From: a bacterium UBP9_UBA1432
GTDB taxonomy: Bacteria; Vulcanimicrobiota; Xenobia; Xenobiales; Xenobiaceae
Reading direction: 5' to 3'
Assembly (NCBI GenBank): GCA_002329445.1
Contig: DCTU01000378.1
Location: 1 to 37,193, forward strand
DNA: 37,193 bases
The position numbers were made by a program, and so were the translations under genes. The notes under the pieces were generated by a model. It was not told the DNA's origin and did not search any database. It saw only the letters and a list, made by a program, of their open reading frames with translations. Below are positions 16,234-24,465 of the stretch, one piece after another (within the stretch, counting starts at the first letter, position 1; each line of letters opens with the position of its first letter).

Positions 16234-17526
16234 TCAGAAGCCTGGCCAATGACGCCCGGCCCAGGCCGGGTTCTCGTGCGTCCGCCACAGAAGGCCCTCG
16301 TAGGCCTTCAGCCACATCCGACAGCGAAGGTCCAGCTCGTGGTCCCCCCGCTGGAAGCGGCATCCTCCCCCACACACCGTCCAGAAGGGGCAGCGCAGGC
16401 AGCGCGGATTCGTCCCGGCGGCGGCCTGGTCGGCCTCAGCGCAATCGCGAGGGCGTTCGATCCCCCTCTCCAGGGCCACCATGCGCGTCCCGCACTCCGG
16501 ATGGCCGCAGGCGGGACGGGTCTTCCCCGACGCCAGCCGACCGAACATCTCCTCCAGAGGGTGGACCCGCACCCGCACGGGAACCCGCTCTTCGTGACGG
16601 GCCACCGCGTCGGCCACGGCCAGCAGGTCCTCGGCCATGTCCTCCAGGACCTGGTCGCGGTCCGCGCGCTGGCGACGGGGCGCCGGGAACTCCAATCGCA
16701 TGGTCCGATAGCCCATGGACATGAAGAGATGGAAGAACTCCAAGGCCTGCCCCGGCCGGCGGGCCACGCCCACGGGTGCACAGGACAAGCCCGTGGCCAG
16801 GGCTGAGGGCAGGAGGCGGAGCGCCTCGGCGGCCCGGGCAGCCAAAGGCCCCTGTTCCACCCCTGCGCGCCCCGGAGCCTCGTGCAGACAGAGCACGACG
16901 CACGCGCCCTGCCGCTCCAACCAGCCCGCCTGCCGAGAGTCCAGCAGGTGTCCTCCGGTGCGCACAGCGACCTGGACCTCCGGGCGCAACTCCCGGGCCC
17001 GCCGGATGGCGGCCTCGATGGTCGCGGGCACCCTCAGGGGCTCGGCGCCGGTCACGTCCAGGCAGACGGGGCCAGGGGCAAGGTCCTGGAGCCCCTCTTC
17101 CACCAGGTGGGTCGCCTCCGCAGGCTCGAGGGCCGCTCCCTCCGCGTCCTGGAGTGCACATTCCGGACAGGAGGGACTGCAACCGGCCGTCACCCGCAAG
17201 GTCAGCCTCGGCAAGTGGACCCGCAGCGATTCCCGCCGCTCGGGTTCCTCCAGGGGATGTCCGGCGACCTGAAGCATGCCGGCGTGATGGAGCTCGCCCA
17301 GCAGCGCCTGGACTTCACCCTCCGGCAGGTCGGGACTCAGCTCGTGGAGCTTCTGGACCGAGATCGGCCGAGCCAGGGTCCCAAAGAGCTTCAGGCGGGG
17401 ACCTTCCAGGAGGATGGAGGCTCCGGTTCGAGGCGCCAGGATCAGCCAGCGCCCACCTCTTCGAAATGGCGCAAGATCCGCGGCGCGGACAACGAGGGAG
17501 GGGTCACTGGCGCAGAAAGGTTCCAT
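16234..17526 (-). CDS. Radical SAM/SPASM-domain enzyme with N-terminal PqqD-like (RRE) domain; peptide/protein-modifying maturase type
   Basis: 430 aa. The N-terminal ~90 aa resemble PqqD/RRE (WLILAPRTGASILLEGPRLKLFGTLARPISVQKLHELSP...EVQALLGELHHAGMLQV). The CxxxCxxC motif is in TAGCSPSCPEC. The C-terminal region is Cys-rich and SPASM-like (PACGHPECG...CLRCPFWTVCGGGCRF...LRC). Confidence 0.9.
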   Translation of the reverse strand: MEPFCASDPSLVVRAADLAPFRRGGRWLILAPRTGASILLEGPRLKLFGTLARPISVQKLHELSPDLPEGEVQALLGELHHAGMLQVAGHPLEEPERRESLRVHLPRLTLRVTAGCSPSCPECALQDAEGAALEPAEATHLVEEGLQDLAPGPVCLDVTGAEPLRVPATIEAAIRRARELRPEVQVAVRTGGHLLDSRQAGWLERQGACVVLCLHEAPGRAGVEQGPLAARAAEALRLLPSALATGLSCAPVGVARRPGQALEFFHLFMSMGYRTMRLEFPAPRRQRADRDQVLEDMAEDLLAVADAVARHEERVPVRVRVHPLEEMFGRLASGKTRPACGHPECGTRMVALERGIERPRDCAEADQAAAGTNPRCLRCPFWTVCGGGCRFQRGDHELDLRCRMWLKAYEGLLWRTHENPAWAGRHWPGF

Positions 17527-17600
17527 CGGCAGGATGCAGGTTCTTCGCCCAGGCGCCCGCCCCTGCAGGCACTTCTGGCCCGAACCACGAAAAACCGGGC

Positions 17601-18599
17601 ATGGGTCGCATCGATTTGAAGGTTGGATACAGTTGCAACGACGCGTGCGTCCACTGCGTCGTGGATGATTTTCGTGACGCCCTGCAGCACAGCGGTCGCA
17701 GGCAGGACAAGACGTTCGAGGAAATCCAGGCCGAGTTGACCGACGCCCGGACTCGCGGAGACCAGGTCGTGATCACCGGCGGGGAGCCCACGATCCGCAA
17801 GGACTTCAAGGAGATCCTGAGGTTTGCCCGACAGTTGGGGTTCGAGATCCTGATCCAGAGCAACGGACGAGGCTTCTCCGACCCCGACCTGGCCGCAGAG
17901 GCCGCCCGTCTGGGAGGCATCTCCTACTGCATCGCCCTGCACGGGCCCGACGCCGAGGTTCACGACGCCGTCACCACCCGCCCGGGTTCCTTCGCCGAGA
18001 CGGTCCAGGGCATCACCAACCTGGTGCGCCTGGGGCAGTGCGTGACCAACAAGGTGGTCCTGTCGCGCCTGAACTACCAGGTCCTCCCCCAGACGGTCCA
18101 ACGTCTGATCGATCTGGGCTCCTGCCATGTCAGCATCGCCTTCCCCCACGCCCAGGGGCGGGCGCGCAAGCTCTGGGACCAGGTCGTGCCCCGCTATCGC
18201 GACGTGGTCCCCTTCCTGCACCAGGCCCTGGACCGGCTGCGTGCAGCGGGCCGGGGCGCCGACGCCGAGACCTTCATGTTCTGCCACATGGAAGGTTACG
18301 AAAGCCATGTCACCGAGATCGGCCAGCAACTGGAAGACTACGTCGAGCTGAACCAGTATGGCAGCGACCGGGGCGTCGAGAACTGGTCCAACATCCGCCT
18401 GCAGATCAAGGAGAAGTTCCCTCCCTGCCTCTCGTGCCGCTTCTACCCGGTCTGCGAGGGCCCCTGGAACGAGTACGCCGACGCCTACGGCGGCGAAGAG
18501 TTCCTGCCGGTGGCAGGCCAGAGGGTCCGGCACGTGAGGGAAATCGTGGACGGCAGCTTCCGCCAGGAGTTTCCTCTTCTGGCCGACCTGCCCCTGTAG
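17601..18599 (+). CDS. Radical SAM enzyme with partial SPASM/twitch-like C-terminal Cys motif
   Basis: 332 aa from MGRIDLKVGYSCNDACVHCVV (CxxxCxxC). A GGEP element is present (VVITGGEPTIRKDF). The C-terminal motif is CLSCRFYPVCEG (Cx2Cx5C). The upstream 275 aa of the supplied ORF are Arg/Pro/Gly junk antisense to the neighbouring gene. Confidence 0.85.
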   Translation: MGRIDLKVGYSCNDACVHCVVDDFRDALQHSGRRQDKTFEEIQAELTDARTRGDQVVITGGEPTIRKDFKEILRFARQLGFEILIQSNGRGFSDPDLAAEAARLGGISYCIALHGPDAEVHDAVTTRPGSFAETVQGITNLVRLGQCVTNKVVLSRLNYQVLPQTVQRLIDLGSCHVSIAFPHAQGRARKLWDQVVPRYRDVVPFLHQALDRLRAAGRGADAETFMFCHMEGYESHVTEIGQQLEDYVELNQYGSDRGVENWSNIRLQIKEKFPPCLSCRFYPVCEGPWNEYADAYGGEEFLPVAGQRVRHVREIVDGSFRQEFPLLADLPL

Positions 18600-18618
18600 C
18601 CGGTCGCCCGCAGCGGCT

Positions 18619-21015
18619 TCAGTGGCCGCCGCAGGAGCAGCCCGGGTGTTCTTCCGCCTCGTGGGCAGACCCCGACTCGTGGCCATGAACAGGCCCCGCC
18701 TCCGCCCGCTTCCCCACTCCTACCAGGCGCAGGCCGTTGACCGTGACCAGCAGCGAGGCTCCGGTGTCGGCGGCGATGGCCATCCACATCCCGGCGTTCC
18801 CGGTCAGGGCGAGGCCCAGGAACACGGCTTTGAGGCCAAGCGCGAAGGCGATGTTCTCCAGGATCACCGACCGAGCCCGGCGAGCCAGACGCAGGGCCGC
18901 CGGCAGTCCCCGCAAGTCGTCGCCCATGAGGGCCACATCGGCGGTCTCCAGGGCCACGGCTGAGCCGGCGGCTCCCAGCGAGACCCCGACCGTCGCTGCG
19001 GCCAGGGCTGGAGCGTCATTGATTCCGTCTCCGACCATGACCACCGGCAGTCCCTCCGCCTCGAATCGCCGCAGCAGGCCCAGCTTCCCCTCGGGCATCA
19101 GGCCGGCATGCACCTCCAGGATGCCCAAACGGGAGGCCAGGGGCGCGGCCGCACGGGGATGGTCGCCCGTCACGAGAACCAGTCGCTGACCCAGGGCGCG
19201 GAGCTCCTCCAGGGCCGTCGCGGCCTCGGAACGCGGCGCGTCGGCGAAGGCCACCAGGCCCATCACCTCGGTCTCGCGGACCACCACGACCACCGTCTTG
19301 CCCTGGTCCCGAAAGGCCTCGACCTGCTGCCGGGCGGCGGGTTCCAGGAGGTCGCCGAAGAGTTCGGGACGCCCCACCTCGAGGGTGGCTCCCTTCAACC
19401 GAGCCCAGGCTCCCTGACCAGGGCGAGCCTGGAACTCCTCAGGGGACTCGATGTGCACGCCGTGTTCCAGGGCGTGGCGGACCACGGCCAGGCCCAGGGG
19501 ATGCTCCGAATGCGCCTCCGCGGCGGCAGCCAGGGCCAGCAGTTCCTCGGAGGAGAGCCCGCCCAAGGGGTGCAGCGAGACCACCTGCAGGCTGCCCCGA
19601 GTCAGGGTTCCGGTCTTGTCCAGGGCAAAGACCCGAGCCCGAGCCAGACGCTCGAGGTAGACCCCGCCCTTGATCAGGATCCCCTGGCGCAAAGCTCCCG
19701 TCAGGGCCGAGACCACGGCAACCGGGGTCGAGATCACCAGGGCACAGGGGCAGGCGATCACCAGCAGCACCAAGGCCCGATAGAGCCATTCGGAGAACGC
19801 CCCTCCCAGCAGCGGAGGTCCCAGGGCGGCGACCAGGATCGCCCCCAGGACCACGGCGGGCGTATAGCGGGCGGCAAAGGCATCCACGAAGCGCTGCTGG
19901 TCGCCCTTGCGCACCTGCGCCTGTTCGACCACCTGCAGGACCCTCGCCAAGGTGGAGCCCTCGTAGGGCACGCGGACTTCCACCGTCAGGGCCCCGCCCT
20001 GGTTCAAGGTGCCGGCAAAGACATCTTCGCCGGGCCCCTTCTCGACGGGGATCGATTCACCCGTCACCGAGGCCTGGTCCACCGTCGAGCGCCCCTGGAG
20101 CACCCTCCCGTCCAGCGGCACCAGCTCCCCCGGCCGGATCGACATCACCTCTCCCACAGCGACATCCCGAGCCGGAATCTCCAGCAGCACGCCCTCGCGC
20201 TCGACCCTGGCTACCTCGGGACGTTGCTCCAGCAACAACTCGACTGCGCGGTGCGAGCGCCGGGCCGCAAACCCCTCCAGCATCTCCCCGACCGAGAACA
20301 GGAAGACCACCGTGGCGGCCTCGGCGGTCTCACCCAGGGCCAAGGCGCCGAAAACCGCCAGCACCATCAGGCAGTTCATGTCGACCTGGCCGGCGCGAAG
20401 GGCTCCAAAGGCCCGGCGAGCCGGGGTCCAGACCCCGACCAGGGCGGCGGCCGCCCAGAGGAGCAAGGGGGACCATGCCACGGGCTCCAGGGCCACCCAG
20501 GCCCCACCCCCCAGAGCCAGGAGGAGACCGCAGGCCAGGACCAGGCGGACTTCCAGATGCTGAAAATCGAGCAGGCGCTCGCCGGCAGGGTCCTCCGGGG
20601 CCGGAACCCGGTAGCCCAGACGGCGGATGACCCTCTCGATGCTGGGGAGGGTGATCTGGGAGGAATCATATTCCAGAAGGAGTCGCTGGGCCGCGTAGTT
20701 GAGCGACGCGAAGCGGATCCCGGGAGTGCGGTTCAGCACGGCCTCGATGGTGGCCGCGCAGTCCGGGCAGTCCATTCCTCGAACCAGGATGACACGGTGA
20801 TCCAGGCCCTCCGGCGCGGCGCCGACGATCCGCTGCAGCTCCTCCTGGGTGACCCGATCGGGGTCATATCGGACCAGGATCCGGCCCCGCGGATCCCGCT
20901 CGACGGCGCGAACCCCTGGATTCGTCCTCAACCCCTGAAGCGCAGAATCCACACAGCGGGGACACTCCTCCCCCCCCACTCGCACCGGTGCCTCGACGAC
21001 CCAGGAACCAGACAA
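18619..21015 (-). CDS. zntA: Heavy-metal-translocating P1B-type ATPase, Zn/Cd/Pb (P1B-2) subtype
   Basis: 798 aa. There are two N-terminal HMA-like CxxC sites (ECPRCVDS, GMDCPDCAATIE). Core motifs are the TM6 CPC (VIACPCALVISTP), DKTGTLT, GDGINDAP, and the TM8 motif AADTGASLLVTVNGLRL, typical of ZntA-type pumps. The C-terminal tail is His/Cys-rich (HGHESGSAHEAEEHPGCSCGGH). The TTG start is preceded by ggaggagg 9 nt upstream. Confidence 0.93.
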   Translation of the reverse strand: MSGSWVVEAPVRVGGEECPRCVDSALQGLRTNPGVRAVERDPRGRILVRYDPDRVTQEELQRIVGAAPEGLDHRVILVRGMDCPDCAATIEAVLNRTPGIRFASLNYAAQRLLLEYDSSQITLPSIERVIRRLGYRVPAPEDPAGERLLDFQHLEVRLVLACGLLLALGGGAWVALEPVAWSPLLLWAAAALVGVWTPARRAFGALRAGQVDMNCLMVLAVFGALALGETAEAATVVFLFSVGEMLEGFAARRSHRAVELLLEQRPEVARVEREGVLLEIPARDVAVGEVMSIRPGELVPLDGRVLQGRSTVDQASVTGESIPVEKGPGEDVFAGTLNQGGALTVEVRVPYEGSTLARVLQVVEQAQVRKGDQQRFVDAFAARYTPAVVLGAILVAALGPPLLGGAFSEWLYRALVLLVIACPCALVISTPVAVVSALTGALRQGILIKGGVYLERLARARVFALDKTGTLTRGSLQVVSLHPLGGLSSEELLALAAAAEAHSEHPLGLAVVRHALEHGVHIESPEEFQARPGQGAWARLKGATLEVGRPELFGDLLEPAARQQVEAFRDQGKTVVVVVRETEVMGLVAFADAPRSEAATALEELRALGQRLVLVTGDHPRAAAPLASRLGILEVHAGLMPEGKLGLLRRFEAEGLPVVMVGDGINDAPALAAATVGVSLGAAGSAVALETADVALMGDDLRGLPAALRLARRARSVILENIAFALGLKAVFLGLALTGNAGMWMAIAADTGASLLVTVNGLRLVGVGKRAEAGPVHGHESGSAHEAEEHPGCSCGGH

Positions 21016-21208
21016 CGCGGCCCACCTCCTCCAGAGTCTCCTCCCTCAGTATATCACCGTCGGAAACGCCGTTCCCACGGGCCTTCAAGCCTGTTCGGAC
21101 GCCCATGTTCACAAAAGGTTTACACCCCTGCATGGGCAGCCGCCGTCCCCATGGACTACAATCAAGTTGCGAGACTTCAATCGCTTTCCAAGAATCGAGG
21201 AGGCCCGA

Positions 21209-21955
21209 ATGCTCGAGAACATCAACCAGGTCATGAACCGGATCGAGCAGATCGAGAACCGGCTCAGCCAGGGTCCACCGATCGATTCCGGTGCCTTCCA
21301 GCACGCGTTTGAACGTGCGGATCGCGCGCCGATGCCCCCCTCCCTGGCGCCTTCTCCAGCGGGCAACTCGCCGCTCACCCTGGGCGGCATCCAGGGAGTG
21401 AATCCCCAGCTCTGGAGTCTGATGCGTCAGCCGGCGGGCATGGACCCCTCCATCTTCGGGGCCACCCGGGCAGGTTCGATGAACCTCCAGTGCCTGGCCC
21501 AGAACAACGACATCTCCTGTGGTCAGACCAGCGTGGCGATGGCCGTCAACACCCTGACCGGCAAGAACCTCCGTGACCTGGACATCGATGGCCGCTACGG
21601 ATTCGAGCTGCTCAACGCGCTGAACAGCGAGTCGGCCTCGGCGGGCTTCCGCTGGCGGGATGGTGGCGAGATCTCCGCCTCTTCGTGGGAGTTGATCGAC
21701 CACAAGGTCAACAACGAGAAGACTCCGGTCATCGTCGGCCTGAACGGGCCCGAGTTCTCGCCTTCGGGCCGCGGTCACATCGTCACCATCGTCAAGACCG
21801 AAGGGGACAACGTCACCTTCGCCGATCCCGCCACGGGGACCTTGCGGACCACCACCAAGCAGGCGATGAACTCTGCCCCTTCCCATCCGGACGGGAACTT
21901 CATCTTCTATGCCGTTCGCAACAGTCTGGATGGCAACCACATGGCCGCACGCTGA
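21209..21955 (+). CDS. Papain-fold C39-like cysteine peptidase domain protein, with no signal peptide and no ABC fusion
   Basis: 248 aa. The ATG at 21209 has the strong RBS gaggagg 5 nt upstream. The catalytic Cys context is QNNDISCGQTSVAMAVN, the His context GRGHIVTIV, and a downstream Asp sits in FADPATG. The first ~90 aa are a helical MLENINQVMNRIEQIENRL segment followed by a Pro-rich linker. Confidence 0.7.
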   Translation: MLENINQVMNRIEQIENRLSQGPPIDSGAFQHAFERADRAPMPPSLAPSPAGNSPLTLGGIQGVNPQLWSLMRQPAGMDPSIFGATRAGSMNLQCLAQNNDISCGQTSVAMAVNTLTGKNLRDLDIDGRYGFELLNALNSESASAGFRWRDGGEISASSWELIDHKVNNEKTPVIVGLNGPEFSPSGRGHIVTIVKTEGDNVTFADPATGTLRTTTKQAMNSAPSHPDGNFIFYAVRNSLDGNHMAAR

Positions 21956-21983
21956 TCGCCAGAGTCGGCCCATCCGTTTTCTG

Positions 21984-22011
21984 GAAAGCGCACCCTGGAG
22001 GGTGCGCTTTC
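21984..22011. terminator. Bidirectional terminator-like hairpin between convergent genes
   Basis: A 12-bp perfect stem (gaaagcgcaccc / gggtgcgctttc) with a 4-nt loop (tgga). It lies between the stop at 21955 (+) and the stop at 22026 (-), and is flanked by ttttct and tcgttg. Confidence 0.6.
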
Positions 22012-22025
22012 TCGTTGCTGGGGGA

Positions 22026-24452
22026 TCAGTCTCCGAAACCGCGCCGGCGCAGCTCCCGGAGGAAGTTCTGCAAGGGGAGGTAGCCCGGATCGCTCCGGTA
22101 CAGATCCAGCATGGTTCGAGTCACGTCCTCGAAGAGCGGACGGGCCTTCTCCTGGTCCCCCTCGGCCTCGAATCGCAGACCTTCCTGAAAACGCTCGGTC
22201 GCCAGGACGAAACGGATCTGGGAGGACATCGGATTCAGGTTCCCGGCCTTCTCCAGATGCTCCAAGCGTTGCGATGCGCCGACGGGGTACATCAAGGCCA
22301 GATGCAGGTGGACCTCGGCGAGCTGCTGGTCCAGGGCCGCCGAGCGGAAGTTGAACATGACCGCAAACGCCTCGGTCGGGTACCTCTCCAGGGCCTGCTG
22401 CAGGAATCTCCGGGCGCCCTGGAGATCGCGGCCGAGGGCCATCATCCGGGCGACATCCAGGTAGAAGGAAGGGAAGTTGACCGGGTCGATCTCCAGAGCC
22501 CTGCGATAGCTGGCCTCGGCTTCCTGGAAGCGTCCCAGGGCTTCCAGAACCCGACCATGCGCGCTGTGGCTGACGGCCCGGTGAGGATCGAGCTCCACGG
22601 CCCGAGTGGATCTCTGCAAGGCCTCGCGGGTCCTGTCGGGATCCGCATCCTCCCCCAGGGACGACTCCAGCAGGATCAAGGTGGCCTGGCGCTCGTGCTC
22701 GCCCTGCAAGGGATCCCAGCGTGCTGCTGCCCGATACAGGTCCAGGGCGACCTCTTCGCGATGGGCATCCCCGGCCAGGCGTGCCTGGCCGGCCAGATAG
22801 TCGCCCAATCCCCAACGCGCTCCGACCCAGACCAGGCCCAACAAGAGCAGGCTCCCCAGGTACTGAAGCGCCAGTCCCGGCCGGACCGACCACGGGGAGG
22901 CAGGCTGAGGAGTCGGCGCTTCCAGGACCTCCCCCTCGTGCGGGAAACCCACCGCCAGACCCGCCATGAGGGCGGCCGAAAACGGCAGGGCCAGGAAGTT
23001 GAAGTCGACATCGAACTGAGCGTGCCCCAGGAAGACCAGGGCCCCCAACCCCAACCCCAACCTCAAGGTGCGACCGGAATAGGGCAGGTCCGACGGGGGC
23101 TCAGGACACGACAAACGTCGCCAGCCGGCCACCCCCCAGGCGAGCACCGCCAGATAGAAGAAGGCGGTCGCAGGAAACCCCGTTTCGGCCAGGAGGGTCA
23201 GCGTCAGGCTGTGGGCGTACTTGGCGAACCAGCGCAGGTCCCCCTGAAGCGAAGGGTAATGCCGCTGAAAGCCCTCCGGCCCCACTCCCAACCAGGGATT
23301 TCGCAAGGCCATCTTCCAGGCGGCGCGATAGAACTCCACCCGGGCAGCTCCCGAGTTGTCCTGGCCACTGGCCAGTTGCCCGGCGCGCTCGACGGCATGA
23401 GGAGCCACCAGCGTCTGGTTCTTGGACAGGGTCCAGGCCATGCCCAGCGCCAGGAGTGCAACCACGACCATCCACGGCAAGAGCAGTCGCACCCTGGGCA
23501 GCGTTGCCACCAGGAAGCCAGCGGCCCCCCCACCCAGGATGAGCAGTCCCCCGGCCCACAGAGTCTCGCCCCTCAACCCCATCAAGGCGCCTCCCCCCAA
23601 CCCTCCCAGGCACACACACGCCACCAGAAGACGTCGAAACGTCGCGCCGCCTCCCTGGGCCGGCCCCAACGCCAGGGGCAGCAGGGTTCCCAGCAAGGCG
23701 AAGGCCCAGGCAGACCGCGAATAGGTGTAGTACAGCGAGACCAGGAAGGCAGCCAGGAAAAGCCCGCCCAGAAGACTGCGGATCCGGGCCTCACGCATCC
23801 CTCCCTGGGGGAAGAAGAAGCAGGCGGCAGCAAGGGGCACTCCGAGCAGAAGATAGCCCGCCAGCATGTTCGGCTGATAGAAGGAACCGAAAAGGGCCAC
23901 ATCGGGCTGGGGGCTGAGGACGAAGATGAACCATGCGGCAGGGAGCACCATGGCGATGGCCCCCAGCATGAGCAGCGAGCCCAGGTGCAGCAGAGGGAAA
24001 CGACGGTATTCCCGGGCCAGATCCGCCGCCAGCACGAAACACAAGAACATCCCCAGGAAGTTGGCCCAACCGGTCATGGCGTCGCGGACGTGCGGGGAGG
24101 CCAGGGCGGAGGCCAGCGCCAGCAGCAGGAAGGCCACCGCACACAGCATCCCGAGCCGAAGCTGCCCATCCAGCCGTCGGGGACGAAGAAGCCAGAACGT
24201 GGCCGCCAGGAAGAGGATCCCCCGGAGCAGGCCCGCCGCGGCCGGCAACTGTCCTCCCGAGTCCCCCTGGAACAGGATGGACAGGACCACTCCCCACCCG
24301 CCCCCCGAGGCGGCCGCGGCGGCCAGCGCGGAGGGCGTCTGCCCTTGGCCCATCTTGGTCACGGCCGTGACGGCCGGGAAGAGCAGGATCAGGAAAAGCC
24401 CGGCGAAAGCCAGGCCATCCAGAGCGCCAGAAAGGACCCGGGACCGTGTCAA
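22026..24452 (-). CDS. O-antigen ligase/Wzy_C-family polytopic membrane protein fused to a C-terminal TPR domain
   Basis: 808 aa with about 12 TM helices. The Wzy_C-type loop is YTYSRSAWAFALLG ... GVGPEGFQRHY ... YAHSLTLTLLAETGF. The C-terminal ~290 aa are TPR-like (EALGRFQEAEASYRRALEIDP, ARRFLQQALERYP). Confidence 0.85.
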   Translation of the reverse strand: MTRSRVLSGALDGLAFAGLFLILLFPAVTAVTKMGQGQTPSALAAAAASGGGWGVVLSILFQGDSGGQLPAAAGLLRGILFLAATFWLLRPRRLDGQLRLGMLCAVAFLLLALASALASPHVRDAMTGWANFLGMFLCFVLAADLAREYRRFPLLHLGSLLMLGAIAMVLPAAWFIFVLSPQPDVALFGSFYQPNMLAGYLLLGVPLAAACFFFPQGGMREARIRSLLGGLFLAAFLVSLYYTYSRSAWAFALLGTLLPLALGPAQGGGATFRRLLVACVCLGGLGGGALMGLRGETLWAGGLLILGGGAAGFLVATLPRVRLLLPWMVVVALLALGMAWTLSKNQTLVAPHAVERAGQLASGQDNSGAARVEFYRAAWKMALRNPWLGVGPEGFQRHYPSLQGDLRWFAKYAHSLTLTLLAETGFPATAFFYLAVLAWGVAGWRRLSCPEPPSDLPYSGRTLRLGLGLGALVFLGHAQFDVDFNFLALPFSAALMAGLAVGFPHEGEVLEAPTPQPASPWSVRPGLALQYLGSLLLLGLVWVGARWGLGDYLAGQARLAGDAHREEVALDLYRAAARWDPLQGEHERQATLILLESSLGEDADPDRTREALQRSTRAVELDPHRAVSHSAHGRVLEALGRFQEAEASYRRALEIDPVNFPSFYLDVARMMALGRDLQGARRFLQQALERYPTEAFAVMFNFRSAALDQQLAEVHLHLALMYPVGASQRLEHLEKAGNLNPMSSQIRFVLATERFQEGLRFEAEGDQEKARPLFEDVTRTMLDLYRSDPGYLPLQNFLRELRRRGFGD

Positions 24453-24465
24453 AGTCCCGACATCC

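Noticed and set aside
17534-17668. 45-aa ORF (MQVLRPGARPCRHFW...) starting in the 74-bp region between the two radical SAM genes.
   Set aside because: It runs out of frame into the conserved CxxxCxxC-encoding start of the plus-strand rSAM gene. It has no RBS and is Arg-rich, so it is most likely fortuitous.
21105-21236. 43-aa Cys-containing small ORF (MFTKGLHPCMGSRRPHGLQSSCETSIAFQESRRPECSRTSTRS) between the ATPase and the C39-like peptidase. It was considered as a possible rSAM/RiPP precursor.
   Set aside because: It has no Shine-Dalgarno sequence. It overlaps the well-supported start and RBS of the peptidase gene out of frame. It has no leader/core organisation or repeat pattern. Conservation or peptidomics would be needed to revive it.
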